64,000 bases of DNA from a virus (Duplodnaviria; Caudoviricetes), in IMG/VR virus record IMGVR_UViG_3300025617_000018, positions 287 to 64,286 of that record; one strand, 5' to 3'. A model generated the notes under the pieces. It saw only the letters and a program-made list of their open reading frames with translations. It did not search any database and was not told the DNA's origin. The stretch's first letter is position 1. Every line of letters begins with the position of its first letter. This document shows, one piece after another, positions 38,052 to 49,733 of this stretch. The position numbers and the translations under genes were made by a program.

Positions 38052-40319
38052 TTACTCTGTAATTGCTAATATATACGGTGTCATTACAGCAAACAAGCTT
38101 CGGTTGAATGTTCTACCTGAAATAGTACCTGTTGCTCTTTCAATAACCAGTTCTTGACCAATACGGAAGTCACCACGTTGGTCTGTACTTGTAAAGTTAA
38201 CTCTACCAGCACCGTTGTCGTCTTCTACAACTTCGTTTTCTTGTATAGGACGACCTCCTAAATACGGAACAGCAAACTCTATTTGATTTCCTGTTCCTAC
38301 ATATTCAAATGTGTGTGCAGATGCTCCGATCAAACTACGCTGATGGAATGTAACTGTAGTATTATCTGGTACTATCTGTAATACTGCTTGCTCTAGTGTT
38401 ATGTCACTACTTCCAGTATTTGTTCTTGTGATAGCATTTTGTAAATCAGCTATTAAGTCTGCAACTACAGTACTAGCACCTGCTTCGGCAGTTAAGTTAG
38501 GATCATCTACAAATCCTATTGCTGTCTTATTTAATACTTGTTGCCCAAATAATGCAATAGTTCCAACAGCATCAGCAGTTTCGTCTATCTGTCCTAGTAC
38601 TTTACTCTGCGATCCTGCCCAATAAGCATCTGCTGCAAAGTCTGTGTTTTCTACGCCGCCAGTTTTTAAATCGTTGCCAAGTGCTTCTACAATGAGAGCA
38701 ACATCTCGTTCACAAGTTGCACGATCATAACTTAAACTAGGATATGTTGAGTCAACATAATCGCCTACTTTGCCTGCAATATAATCTTTGTTAAGGATCA
38801 GCAAGTCTCCTGCTTCATTATATCCGCCAGTATTTACCGTTGTAAACATACTGGTTGCACTTTCTACAGTGTAGTAAAAATCATCTCCAGCAAACTTAAC
38901 TGCATCACCTACGTTTGGACGAATAACTAAGTTGTCTAAAGTAATGGTTGTACCGCTTTGATCTACACCAGCACTTTGTCCTTGATACAATGCTTCTGAA
39001 ACACCAGTTGCTCTTAAACCGTATGTACCAAAACTCGAGTTAGAGTTTGTAATACTACAGAAGCCACCGCTTTCTGCAAGGAATGCATCTTGACAGCAAA
39101 TAGTAAACACAGATACTAACTGTGCATATCCGCGATTGAGTAGGTGTACGCCAATGCCGCCTTCGTTGTATTGAGTGTAACTGTCAACAACCATTGAACG
39201 TAGTCCACCTGCTACGCTTCCATCTACACGCATACCTGTACCAGTTGTAGTCTTAGAAGTACAGTTTTGAATATAAGGCGAACGCCAGTCGTCTACACTT
39301 CTTTGTAAGAATGTATTTCCAGCTGGATTGAACGCGATAGCAGCAGTAGGTGCAATATGATCGCTGAATGTCATATCAGAAAGATAATCACCGTGTGTTA
39401 CATAAAATAAGTCTTCGGTTTTATCTGCGGGTCGAACTGTTACTGTTCTTAAACTATCTCCTACAACAGCCGTAAACGGAGGCATATCTAAAGGGTTAGC
39501 TTCTGTGTAATCACCACTTGCAACTCTAACTGTGTAATAAGTAATGTTAATATCATTTTCTATCAGTTCAGGAATAGCATCTTCACCGCCTGTGATAGAG
39601 TCTTCTATTAAATCAAGTAACTCTACAATTCTAGCATTAGCATCGATGCCTTGTGTGTATTGAAGATCAGTCACTTGAACAACATTTGTTTGATATGTAA
39701 ATCCTAGTACAACATTTCTGACAACCTGTCTAGCAAGAGTCTTAGTATAGCCAACTGCTGTTGATGTAGCACTAACTTCTCCTGGAATAACTGTGCCTGT
39801 GTAAGTAAGATAACTTCTTGCAGCAAACACACTTTCTTCGTTGCCGCCAAACTCTAAATCAACAATAAGTGCATCTATAATAAGTCCAACGTCTCTGCCA
39901 CACTTTTCTTCGTTGTAAACTAGTGATGGAAAAATGTCATTGACAAACGCAACAACTTCTGCTTGAATGAACGATCTGTTTAGTTTGAGTAATTCAATAG
40001 CATCATAAAATCCCTGACCCGGATCTGTCACAGGAGTAAAAACACCAGCTCTAGCAACATCTAATGCGGATTTGATAGTTCTTTTTGCGGCGTTAACACT
40101 AGATCCACTGTTTGCGTCATCACCGTTTTTAGCAACATATACAACGCCGGTTGTAGTTGACTCGCCGCCAATAGTAACAACACTTTCTTGACCATTCTGT
40201 TCTACTTTAGTAAAAAGTCTGCCGTCAAAAGTATTAAGGGCTAGTTCTCCTAGCTCTAATTCTGCTATACCTGGTGCAAGTCCGCTAACGTCACTTCTTT
40301 TAAGTTTTAATCTTGGCAT
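38052..40319 (-). CDS. Tail/baseplate structural protein
   Basis: GELALNTFDGRLF N-terminus, YVAKNGDDANSG, repeated YN..KC.RD.GLI helical modules, STDQRGDFRIG. Confidence 0.7.
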   Translation of the reverse strand: MPRLKLKRSDVSGLAPGIAELELGELALNTFDGRLFTKVEQNGQESVVTIGGESTTTGVVYVAKNGDDANSGSSVNAAKRTIKSALDVARAGVFTPVTDPGQGFYDAIELLKLNRSFIQAEVVAFVNDIFPSLVYNEEKCGRDVGLIIDALIVDLEFGGNEESVFAARSYLTYTGTVIPGEVSATSTAVGYTKTLARQVVRNVVLGFTYQTNVVQVTDLQYTQGIDANARIVELLDLIEDSITGGEDAIPELIENDINITYYTVRVASGDYTEANPLDMPPFTAVVGDSLRTVTVRPADKTEDLFYVTHGDYLSDMTFSDHIAPTAAIAFNPAGNTFLQRSVDDWRSPYIQNCTSKTTTGTGMRVDGSVAGGLRSMVVDSYTQYNEGGIGVHLLNRGYAQLVSVFTICCQDAFLAESGGFCSITNSNSSFGTYGLRATGVSEALYQGQSAGVDQSGTTITLDNLVIRPNVGDAVKFAGDDFYYTVESATSMFTTVNTGGYNEAGDLLILNKDYIAGKVGDYVDSTYPSLSYDRATCERDVALIVEALGNDLKTGGVENTDFAADAYWAGSQSKVLGQIDETADAVGTIALFGQQVLNKTAIGFVDDPNLTAEAGASTVVADLIADLQNAITRTNTGSSDITLEQAVLQIVPDNTTVTFHQRSLIGASAHTFEYVGTGNQIEFAVPYLGGRPIQENEVVEDDNGAGRVNFTSTDQRGDFRIGQELVIERATGTISGRTFNRSLFAVMTPYILAITE

Positions 40320-40343
40320 TTCTTGTTCCTATGTAGTATTTAT

Positions 40344-42557
40344 CTAGCCCGAGTATGAGCCAAAATCTATGATAACATTTTCTAACTGTGTATCACCGAA
40401 GTCAATAGCACTGCTATCTGCAGCAGTTATTGTACTGGTTGTTAGTCCTGCTACAATAACTTCTGAATCTGTTGTGTTGCTTCTCTTAACAACAGTATCT
40501 AATGTATCAATCTCTGCTGTTACAGTAATCCTTGCTCTAATTAAATCATCAATAGCTGCCGCAGTCATTAAACGATCATTTGTATCTTCAAACACATCCT
40601 GATCTGTTGTTAATGCTGTACCTGCAAAGTCGTTTGCAGTAACTTCTGTTAGATAACCTGTGCTATTGTTAAAAGAAATAGTACCAGTTGCTGAATCATA
40701 ATCAATATCGCCTGTACCGCTTAGGTGTGCTCTTACTTCTAATGCAGTAGGTCCTGTATATGTAATAACACCAGTGCCACTATTATAGACCATTGAGCCG
40801 TCGCCACCTGCATCAACAATGTTAATAGAACTTCTTGCTCTTGCATTAGTAAAATATATATTTGCACCTTCTGGTATATCACTGGTATTTTTTGTCCCAA
40901 AGCGAGTATCAAACAAATCGTTAAAGTCAGCAGCATTTAATTTTAATGCCAAAGAGTTAGTTACCGTAGTTGCAAAATTAGGATCGTCGCCTAGTGCCGC
41001 CGCTAGTTCATTTAATGTATCTAATGTTGCAGGAGCCGCATCGATTAAATCTGCAACACTTTGTGTTACATATGCTTGAGTTGCGTAACTATTATTTGTT
41101 AGATAACTCTGTACTCTTGCATCAGTATAGTATAAGTTGCCACCTTCTGTCAAGTTAGTTGTTGTTTTTGTAGCAAAATTTTGATCGAATGTTGTAGCAA
41201 AGTCTGCTGTATTAAACTTAGTAGCAAGAGCATTATTAACTGTGGTACTGTAGTTTGCATCATTTGCAATGGCCGATGCTATTTCGCCTAGTGTATTTAA
41301 ATCGCCTGGTGCAATACCTATTAGGTTATTTACAGCAGTTGTTACATATGCTTGGCTAGCATAAGGATCTAGAGGATCATTAAGGATGCCCTTTACTCTT
41401 GATTCTGTGTAATAAAGATTGTTGTTACCTTCTGCTAGGTTGTCAGTGGTCTTCTGTAAAAACTGATTATTCCAAAATGTGACAAATCCTTGACTGTTAA
41501 GTACCTGTGCTACACTGTTATCTACATATGTAATAGTTGCATAGTTTTCTACACTGTGATCACCCCACGAATATGCTGTGTCCCATTGTGTAACATTTGT
41601 GCTACCGAAACTAACATTGTTTACAATAAAGTTATCTCTTGCACGAACATTTACATATCCACCAATATCACCTAAGTTATTTCCAATGATGTTATTGTAA
41701 CCTGTGATGTCACCAACAGCAGTACCAGTAAGTGTGTCGTAACCACTTATAGTTCCACCTGCTGTTGAGCTTATAGTTGGAAACTCTGTGATACTGCCTG
41801 TGCTGTCACCTTGTACGTTTTGTATAGGAAGTGTGCTACTTGCAGCTCCTCCATTAGCAAGAATATCTGCTAGTGTTAGTACAGGAACATTTGTAAAGTT
41901 ATTATAGTCTAAGTAGTAACTTGGTAGTTCTCCGCCTAGATTTTTAACTTCACCTGTTGCACCATCTACAACCAGTGTAGAATCCTGAGCAAACAAATTA
42001 CCAACAACGTCTCTTTGTGTAACAACAACTTGGCGTACTTGTCCAGTAAACTCAAACTCACCTGTTACAGGGTTTACACTGATAGCTCCGCCACCGATGT
42101 AAATAGTATTTCCACTTAACCAAAGATCTTTAAATCTTCTAGTAGAACTACCTAGATCATGTACTTCTGTTTGATCAGGAATAATATCCCCTTTAACAGT
42201 ACCATTTAAATTAATACTCGAGTTTTCAGCATCTACTAATAATGTACTGTTAGCTGTAGCAATACTACCATAGATTTTACTGAATCTTTTTAATTCGTCA
42301 CCGATGTTGTTTGCTAGATTAACTTGAGGAACAATATTATCTTTGACAGTGCCATTCAAGTTAATTGTACTGTCAATACCGTCTACAAGAATAGTTGAGT
42401 CAGCGCCTCGAACTTCTACTCCTACAATATCACGTTGCGGTCCTAGTTCGTTGTAAAGTTCATCAAAGTTGTCGTTGATTTTGGTCATCGCTATTCTTAG
42501 CGGATCACCATCTCCTTTGTTAGGACTAGTACCTAAATTAATAACTTTACGTGCCAT
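40344..42557 (-). CDS. Tail fibre-like protein
   Basis: NKGDGDPLRIAMTKINDNF module; APATLDTLNELAAALGDDPNFATT tail fibre motif. Confidence 0.75.
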   Translation of the reverse strand: MARKVINLGTSPNKGDGDPLRIAMTKINDNFDELYNELGPQRDIVGVEVRGADSTILVDGIDSTINLNGTVKDNIVPQVNLANNIGDELKRFSKIYGSIATANSTLLVDAENSSINLNGTVKGDIIPDQTEVHDLGSSTRRFKDLWLSGNTIYIGGGAISVNPVTGEFEFTGQVRQVVVTQRDVVGNLFAQDSTLVVDGATGEVKNLGGELPSYYLDYNNFTNVPVLTLADILANGGAASSTLPIQNVQGDSTGSITEFPTISSTAGGTISGYDTLTGTAVGDITGYNNIIGNNLGDIGGYVNVRARDNFIVNNVSFGSTNVTQWDTAYSWGDHSVENYATITYVDNSVAQVLNSQGFVTFWNNQFLQKTTDNLAEGNNNLYYTESRVKGILNDPLDPYASQAYVTTAVNNLIGIAPGDLNTLGEIASAIANDANYSTTVNNALATKFNTADFATTFDQNFATKTTTNLTEGGNLYYTDARVQSYLTNNSYATQAYVTQSVADLIDAAPATLDTLNELAAALGDDPNFATTVTNSLALKLNAADFNDLFDTRFGTKNTSDIPEGANIYFTNARARSSINIVDAGGDGSMVYNSGTGVITYTGPTALEVRAHLSGTGDIDYDSATGTISFNNSTGYLTEVTANDFAGTALTTDQDVFEDTNDRLMTAAAIDDLIRARITVTAEIDTLDTVVKRSNTTDSEVIVAGLTTSTITAADSSAIDFGDTQLENVIIDFGSYSG

Positions 42558-45500
42558 TTACACTCTCCCTACAACAACTTCGACTACGCCTTTTTCAACG
42601 TCGTCTTTGTTAGCAACTGCTTTACCTATCACAGTTCCTACCTTTGGATCATTGTTTACAATAGCATATCCTGGATATGCTGATGTAACAAGTATATCGC
42701 CCTTTTCGACCTTGCCAATAACTTTACATGGAACACGACCTTGTAGAGCAACATCAACTGTAAGTCCTTCTAAATCTGCATTCATCAAGTGTGCAGGATT
42801 AGTAGAAACAACACCTGCTACTCTACGATCATCTTTAGTAGCACAATGTGTTACTTCTGCTTGCCCGCCAAATATTAGTACTGTGCCTGATTCGTATTCT
42901 TGGTCAGCTAGATATTTTTCTGCTAAGTCAGCATATCTTGCATTGGTTGCAACACCGTCAAATACTTGTGCGTATACGGTATTATATCTTAAAGGATTTT
43001 GTCCGCCTTCGCCTATATTATATGTTGCATTTTGATCAGGAACAACACCAGTATCACTAAAAATAAATGGAGTTACACTTGTAGTTGTTCCAGCAACTAC
43101 AACAGCAATTTCTCCTGCGTTAGCCGAGCCACTTGCTGCACCTATGGCTAATCCAGTAGATGCTGCACCCTTCTCATCTGCTGCTTCGATAAACGATGTA
43201 TAAATCCAATCTGAACTTAATCTACTTTCTCCGGCTAAACTGCTACCTAATTGCAAAATACTTTCAGTAGCACTGCCGTTGCCAATAATAAGATTATCAG
43301 GAATAGTAACATTTATTTTAGCACTAGTTGTACCAACTGCGGTTAATACAGTCGCTTGACCTGGTGTTTTAATTTGGAGAGTAGTTCCCGATATCTCCAT
43401 TACCTTGTAAGAACTGTCTGCACCTAATATTAAATTAGTTACTTGAATACCACCGTCGTTTCTTGTTCTAAGTATACTATCTGCACCTGATGCTTGAGTA
43501 ACGTTGATAGCTTCTGGATCACCTGTACCGGAACTCACCCTGCCAATAACTTTATTTGTTGCAATATCTTGCAGTTCAGCAAATACAATACCATTGTCTT
43601 TGATTCTTACAAACCCGTCTGTGGTTTCAAAGTTTTCATCACTGAACTTAGCAAGACCTAAATCTGCTTGTGTCTTTGCCTGTGTTCCACTCCAACCTGT
43701 TGTAGCATCGTCCTCGTCGAAGGTATCAGCTTTAGTCATTGCTAGTTTACTTTGAGCAATTTCTGCATTACTATTAACATCTTCGTTTAAGACACTGTCA
43801 TTTTTAATATTAGCTCTAAAGTCTGTGCCGTTTTCGTCTCGTGTTACAGTAAATTCAACCTGACTGTTTTGTGTATTAAAGTCTGTATTTGCCCATTCGT
43901 CATAAGGTCCGAGAATGACATCGCCTGTTGGGCCGCTAGTTACCACAATGTCATCAGCTGTGGTAATATCTCCGCTATTTGCTGTGTATGTAATAATGTT
44001 AACGTTACCACTGATATTGTCAGTGGTAACTTCGACATCTACAATAGTACCTGTAGCTCCTGTAGAAGATCCTGTAAAGTTTTGACCAACAGCAAATACA
44101 CCAGTTCCGCCTACTGTATCACCATCTATAAAAATACGTTTCTTAGCTGTTGATATTAAAAACTGACCTTCAGCATATCCGTTTATTTCTGTGTCTCTTA
44201 ACGCCGCAATCGAGTCATTGTTTCCAATAGCAGTATCAACATATGATTTCGTAGCCGCATCACTGCCATTTGCTGGAGCCGCTAGATTGGTTACTGTTTT
44301 AGTACCAGCGTTCAAGTTACCAGTCATTGGTATTTCACCGCTGGCTGCAAGTGCACCTGGACCTATTCTATTTGGAACTGATACTCCGTCGTGATCCCAA
44401 CCTAAGCGTCTGTTGACATATTGTCTTACAGCACTCTGTGTTGGTACAGTGTCAATAGCATTGTTAGTCATAGCCGAGTCTGTTGAGAACTCAGCAATAA
44501 CAACGCCTCGCTTAAATCCAATACCGTCTAAGTTTGAAAGTGCAATACTTGCCGCAAAACTTACAGTACCAGTGCCTTGATCAACTGTAAAGAATCTACC
44601 CACACGGAAGAAACCGTCTTGATCTGTTGATACATAGAATACTCTGCCTTTGAGTCTTTCTTGTACTTCGTTTTCTTGATTAGGTTCGCGACCTGCACCT
44701 AACAATACATTTGGATAGTTTGTTTGGTTGAAACTACCAGATCCTATGTCTAAGAAGTCGTGACCTGTTGCACGGCAAGTTGAAATGCGGATAGTAACTG
44801 TACCTAGTTCACCGCCTTGTAAACCTACACGCAGTGTTTGTACTTGATCTCCTACAATAACACTTCTAGCAAGACCTAGTGCAGCATTGTTTATATCAAT
44901 ATTACCACCAGCTAGATCTGAAATTTCTACTGTAGCAAAAGTGCCTCTATCAGTGTAGTTATCTACAATATGAGTCTTACCTGCCCATGTAAATATCATA
45001 TCTCCTGCATTTATGCGATCAATTTCTGCTTGCTCTTCCAGTTTTTCAATAGCAATAATATCGTCGCCTACAGTGGCACCCATTGTTGTGCCGTTGCCTG
45101 GATAAGTGTTGTTAACTGCTTCCTCTGGTTTAACAGTTAAACGAACAAAGTCAAAGGTAGAATCTATTGTAAGTAGTGTCTCTGTTTGAGGTAACGCACC
45201 GCCTATGCCTTCTGTTACAGCAAATGCAATAGTTCTGTAAGTAATATCTTCATCGTCACCTTCAAATACTAGAGCAGTACTAGGACGAATAGTTAAGTTA
45301 TCTCTATCTGCAATGTCAGTAATAACAAAACTCTTGGCAAATCTTATATTCACTGGAGTGTCAGGATCAACTGCCGCGTCTAGACCGCCGTCATTAAATC
45401 CTGCTGTTCCTGTTGAAAAGTTTAACTTATAAATCTTACCACTGTAGAATGGTGTTGCAACATTAGGAAGAACAGTACCACTTACACTTACTGCCGTAAT

Positions 45501-48500
45501 AGCACCTGTAGTAGCGTTTACTTCGTCTACAGTAATAGTTACATCATTAGTAGAAGTCACGCCGCCGACATCGGCTCCATCAACTGTTATTACGTCTCCT
45601 GCTAGATATCCTGTACCAGCTGCTGTTATAGTGGCAATATATCCATTATTTCTTGTTTTTTCTATGTTAAATGTTGCATTTGCTCCTGCTACAGAATTGT
45701 CTGTATAAGGAACTTCAAAGTGTCCGTCTATAATAGCACTGGTCATTAACTGTAAGTTTGATATTTCAAATCTACCAGTTGAAGGCGTTGGAGTATCGTT
45801 TTCAAATACAAAATCAATCTCCATGTTATTTTGTGGAGTGTACTGTAGATCATAGACATATAAAAACTGTTGCTTTAATGTCTGGTTTGTGTAGCTAATA
45901 GTGTTTACTGTGCTAGGAGCACCTAAGTTAGTACTATCATTATAGATGATATCGTCTACAGTATTAAAGTTTGTTATCGCTTCACTTGAACTGGTAACAT
46001 TGTGAACATAAACACGTTTACCAACTGCTTCGTGAGTAATGGTAGCAGTAACAGTTTCTGCACCTATTGTTTGTGTAAGAGTATCGCCTTCTTGTAGAGT
46101 TTGTACAGTTGAAAAATCTAAGTAAGTCTGTATGCTTACTGTTTTACCTGGTTGCACTAAGTCATCTCTCAGTGTAATACCATCTGGAATTTCGTTAGGA
46201 TCAGCACCTTCAGCAACAAGACCGTATTCACCGTTTGCATTAGAACCATTTAGAGATCTAATCTGTCCACCATTGTTTGCATAAAATGCAGTCCAACAGT
46301 AATAAGTGAACATACTAACCATTTCACTTAAACCGCCGTTTGTAACAACTAGGCCATAACCCATATCATTGATCTGAGTAAAGTCGTTACCCAACATTGA
46401 ACGGTTACCTGCAGATTGTACAGTAATAGGAATAGGATTTCCATTGCTTGCAAGATCTAAGTTAACACCTGTTGGAGCAGCACTTGTAGTACCGGACCAA
46501 CCGTTGCCTTCATTACTTGTTCTATCTAATAGTAATATTGCGTCACCAAAGTTTTTACGCCAAAAACGTACTTCGTTGACTTGGAAACGCTTGCCGTCTA
46601 TGTAGAAAGGACAAGGTGTTTGTGGACGCTTTCTAAATAGTCCGCCGCCTCTGACTTTGACTTCGAATGCACTGGTGATCTCGTAAACTTCCATAGGGAT
46701 GTTTGCAGAGAATGCATCAACAAACATTCCTCCACGGAATGCTTGTCTGTTAAGACTCTTTGAAAAACTTGATCCTACTTGAATGTACGGAGACTTAGTT
46801 AAGATTTGCCCATCTGGATCTAACACACATAAGAATCCTCCGTGTCCTTGTACAGTGACATCAGAAATTCTAGTTGCATCATTCATTAAGAACACATCAA
46901 CTTCGTCGTTCCGCTTAGGCGGGTTGTATGCTACATTAAATGCAAAACTAATACAGTCAATTAGTCCTTCTAACGAAGCTTGAGCACCCGATTCGGCAGT
47001 ATAGTCAGTATCAATGTATTGATCAACAGCACCTAACTGTGAAGGAAATGCTGTATTAGTTAATACTGAGCTAGAAATAATTGAAATATATTCTATAGCT
47101 GCTTGTGTTTCATTTTCTTGTCCTAAAACTGCACCTGTGTAATATGCACCTTGATTGGTTAAAGAATTGATTCGTCCGCCATTTTTAAGATCAAGAACTA
47201 AACCGTCTACGATTAAGCCAGTGTCTCTGCGACATTTAGATTGATTATAGTCTAAGCTAGGATATGTTGCATTAACATATTGTATAACTTCTTCTACAAT
47301 AAAGTCTTTGTTTCTTCTTAGTAATTCTGCAGCTTCAGTGTAACCGCCTGGATTGTTTGCACCAAACGATGATAAGTTTAATTCTGAATCCGGATCTAGT
47401 AGATAATGATATCCAAAGTAACCGTCTAATTCGCTTGTTAGTGGGTTAATATATTCTGTGCCACTAGCAGGAAGGTTAATATCCGGAACGCCCGTAACAC
47501 TAGAACTGTCACCAGTAAGTCCGTCAAACTCTTTGTCACGATAAAAATATGTATTTGCATATCGACTCTGTGATACACGATTTGCAGGACGAATAATAGT
47601 ACGTCTAAAGTCATCACCAACAATACTAACATTATCAGCAACTTTAATAGGATAATCTTCGTAGTAAACACCTGCTTCGACACACAATGTTATCTGGATA
47701 TCTTTAACAAAGTTACCAAATTCAATTTCTTCATCTAACACAAACTCTTTTGGTTCAAGTAGGATTACTTGAAGTATATCTGTATCGTCAGGTGTCCCGC
47801 CGTCAATTTCTGCGGTATAAGAAACAATTTTTGCAAGAGCGCCTGATTTTTTACCTCTAATAACTTTACCAGGACGTAAATCTTCATTACTTGGATTTCC
47901 TTGATCCACGTAACCGACAGCGCCGTTGTTAAGTGCAATCTCGTACGTTTCACCGTCGACAATCTGTTCCGCATCTAACGGACCGTCTGCTATCACGTCA
48001 AGCACTGTTTGAATTTTATCTTCTATAGAATTGATACTGGTTTGATCTATGCTAGGAATGCCAAGGTCTGCAAGTGTCGTTCTATCATAATCAGTTTGTA
48101 AAGGAGTATAAGGTAGTTCTTTTAAGATAATATCAAACAGAGAGCTAATATATCCTATACCGTCTAGTGTTTCTGTTAACTGTGTCTTGATAGCAATCTG
48201 AGCACTAGGACTAGCATAATATCTTAAGCCTGCATATCTTGAAAGATAGTTTGCATTGTCGCCGGTTAATGTGTCAAATACAGCAGAATCAACAATAAGA
48301 CCAACATCTCTATAACAAAGATCTTGATTGTAGTTTAAATCAGGATATGTTTGATTAATATAGGCAATAACTTCTTCTTGAATAAATGTTCTGTTAGCTT
48401 CTATGACTTCTCTTACATCTGCCCGACCTACGGGGATATTAGTAAATCCTACTTGTTGTGTCTTTGCATCTTCTAAACTATCACTATGAGTAATAGTTTG

Positions 48501-49703
48501 CATGTATGGACCCGGTTCAATAGGTGCAGCAATTACTAGTTCTTCTGCTTTTTGTGCGGCAGCATTAACTGTTCTATATGCAAATCTTTCACTTCTGCCT
48601 TCTTTACCTGCAGGTGTTAATGTTTGTGCATCATCGCCTTGATTGTTTACATATAGATTAATTATACTAGTAAACGATGATTGGTCAACATATAATTTTG
48701 AAGCGGCTTGTAAATCGTCCGATCCGTTTGGAGTTCCTAATCCTGTTAAATCACCTGGATGATCATGCAAGTTTAAGGCGCCAGTCATGGTATCACCTTC
48801 GCGACGTACAACACTCTTACGTGGAAGTGCTTCGTTGTCTAACCAAAAACCTTCTAAACTGCTGTCATAACTAGCGTCTACAAGTGTTTGTGTTCCAGTG
48901 CCGCCGCTAGCATCTATTTCGTTTGTGCCATTTACTGCATCGTCAGCAGTAGGGTGTAATGTTACATTTTCTGTGTCTACTACTCTAATATAATAAGTTG
49001 TGTCAGATGTTAAGTTAGTTGCATCTGTGCCAGTGCTTGAATAAATATAAGGAGCACCTGTGCTGGATTGATTTAATCCGTGTGTTCCCACGGTTACATC
49101 ACCCTGATCATAACCACTGATAGTAAATGTATATTCAGTAGCATTAATAGGCTCGTCTCGTAGATTGGCTGTCTTGCCCTTGCTTCCACGAGGAAGATAA
49201 TTTTTGTCAATGTATTTTTTATCTGGAACAAGATCGTCTATAGTAGCATCTGACAGATTATATTTTGCATTAAAAGCTGCTGCGGCTTCGTCGCTGATGT
49301 CTACATTACCTATAGCTTTTCCGTTAGCGTTAAGAGCTACTTTTAGTGTAGGAGCTTCGTCATCAAATAGTTCGGTAAATCTTGTTCTAATGATTAATTT
49401 GTCTGGATCAGTAACTGCATCAAATAATAGAGTATCTGCTGCTCCTCCGCCTAATGCTGAATCACTGGCAAGTTCGACTAGGTTAAGTCCATCTTCACTT
49501 TGCGCAACAATAGGTATTTGTCCTGCACGATCTTCGTAGCTATCTGGAGTATCGCCTAAGGCATTAAACCCAATTGTTTCGCCTTGTCCAAAGATTGCAT
49601 ACAGTTCTTTAAAATTTGAATTGGATTTTCTAAAAGATTCTCTTAGACTGTCACCGGTTCCGTCATTGCCTTCTACACCGATGTCAATAATTTCTCTTGC
49701 CAT
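42558..49703 (-). CDS. Very large baseplate/tail structural protein with C-terminal chaperone/autocleavage-like domain
   Basis: 2381 aa; NDGTGDSLRESFRK N-terminus; YN..C.RD.GLIVD repeats; C-terminal YADLAEKY...GRVPCKV domain. Confidence 0.75.
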   Translation of the reverse strand: MAREIIDIGVEGNDGTGDSLRESFRKSNSNFKELYAIFGQGETIGFNALGDTPDSYEDRAGQIPIVAQSEDGLNLVELASDSALGGGAADTLLFDAVTDPDKLIIRTRFTELFDDEAPTLKVALNANGKAIGNVDISDEAAAAFNAKYNLSDATIDDLVPDKKYIDKNYLPRGSKGKTANLRDEPINATEYTFTISGYDQGDVTVGTHGLNQSSTGAPYIYSSTGTDATNLTSDTTYYIRVVDTENVTLHPTADDAVNGTNEIDASGGTGTQTLVDASYDSSLEGFWLDNEALPRKSVVRREGDTMTGALNLHDHPGDLTGLGTPNGSDDLQAASKLYVDQSSFTSIINLYVNNQGDDAQTLTPAGKEGRSERFAYRTVNAAAQKAEELVIAAPIEPGPYMQTITHSDSLEDAKTQQVGFTNIPVGRADVREVIEANRTFIQEEVIAYINQTYPDLNYNQDLCYRDVGLIVDSAVFDTLTGDNANYLSRYAGLRYYASPSAQIAIKTQLTETLDGIGYISSLFDIILKELPYTPLQTDYDRTTLADLGIPSIDQTSINSIEDKIQTVLDVIADGPLDAEQIVDGETYEIALNNGAVGYVDQGNPSNEDLRPGKVIRGKKSGALAKIVSYTAEIDGGTPDDTDILQVILLEPKEFVLDEEIEFGNFVKDIQITLCVEAGVYYEDYPIKVADNVSIVGDDFRRTIIRPANRVSQSRYANTYFYRDKEFDGLTGDSSSVTGVPDINLPASGTEYINPLTSELDGYFGYHYLLDPDSELNLSSFGANNPGGYTEAAELLRRNKDFIVEEVIQYVNATYPSLDYNQSKCRRDTGLIVDGLVLDLKNGGRINSLTNQGAYYTGAVLGQENETQAAIEYISIISSSVLTNTAFPSQLGAVDQYIDTDYTAESGAQASLEGLIDCISFAFNVAYNPPKRNDEVDVFLMNDATRISDVTVQGHGGFLCVLDPDGQILTKSPYIQVGSSFSKSLNRQAFRGGMFVDAFSANIPMEVYEITSAFEVKVRGGGLFRKRPQTPCPFYIDGKRFQVNEVRFWRKNFGDAILLLDRTSNEGNGWSGTTSAAPTGVNLDLASNGNPIPITVQSAGNRSMLGNDFTQINDMGYGLVVTNGGLSEMVSMFTYYCWTAFYANNGGQIRSLNGSNANGEYGLVAEGADPNEIPDGITLRDDLVQPGKTVSIQTYLDFSTVQTLQEGDTLTQTIGAETVTATITHEAVGKRVYVHNVTSSSEAITNFNTVDDIIYNDSTNLGAPSTVNTISYTNQTLKQQFLYVYDLQYTPQNNMEIDFVFENDTPTPSTGRFEISNLQLMTSAIIDGHFEVPYTDNSVAGANATFNIEKTRNNGYIATITAAGTGYLAGDVITVDGADVGGVTSTNDVTITVDEVNATTGAITAVSVSGTVLPNVATPFYSGKIYKLNFSTGTAGFNDGGLDAAVDPDTPVNIRFAKSFVITDIADRDNLTIRPSTALVFEGDDEDITYRTIAFAVTEGIGGALPQTETLLTIDSTFDFVRLTVKPEEAVNNTYPGNGTTMGATVGDDIIAIEKLEEQAEIDRINAGDMIFTWAGKTHIVDNYTDRGTFATVEISDLAGGNIDINNAALGLARSVIVGDQVQTLRVGLQGGELGTVTIRISTCRATGHDFLDIGSGSFNQTNYPNVLLGAGREPNQENEVQERLKGRVFYVSTDQDGFFRVGRFFTVDQGTGTVSFAASIALSNLDGIGFKRGVVIAEFSTDSAMTNNAIDTVPTQSAVRQYVNRRLGWDHDGVSVPNRIGPGALAASGEIPMTGNLNAGTKTVTNLAAPANGSDAATKSYVDTAIGNNDSIAALRDTEINGYAEGQFLISTAKKRIFIDGDTVGGTGVFAVGQNFTGSSTGATGTIVDVEVTTDNISGNVNIITYTANSGDITTADDIVVTSGPTGDVILGPYDEWANTDFNTQNSQVEFTVTRDENGTDFRANIKNDSVLNEDVNSNAEIAQSKLAMTKADTFDEDDATTGWSGTQAKTQADLGLAKFSDENFETTDGFVRIKDNGIVFAELQDIATNKVIGRVSSGTGDPEAINVTQASGADSILRTRNDGGIQVTNLILGADSSYKVMEISGTTLQIKTPGQATVLTAVGTTSAKINVTIPDNLIIGNGSATESILQLGSSLAGESRLSSDWIYTSFIEAADEKGAASTGLAIGAASGSANAGEIAVVVAGTTTSVTPFIFSDTGVVPDQNATYNIGEGGQNPLRYNTVYAQVFDGVATNARYADLAEKYLADQEYESGTVLIFGGQAEVTHCATKDDRRVAGVVSTNPAHLMNADLEGLTVDVALQGRVPCKVIGKVEKGDILVTSAYPGYAIVNNDPKVGTVIGKAVANKDDVEKGVVEVVVGRV

Positions 49704-49733
49704 TATGCCACTCCATGAAATAACATTACAGTG

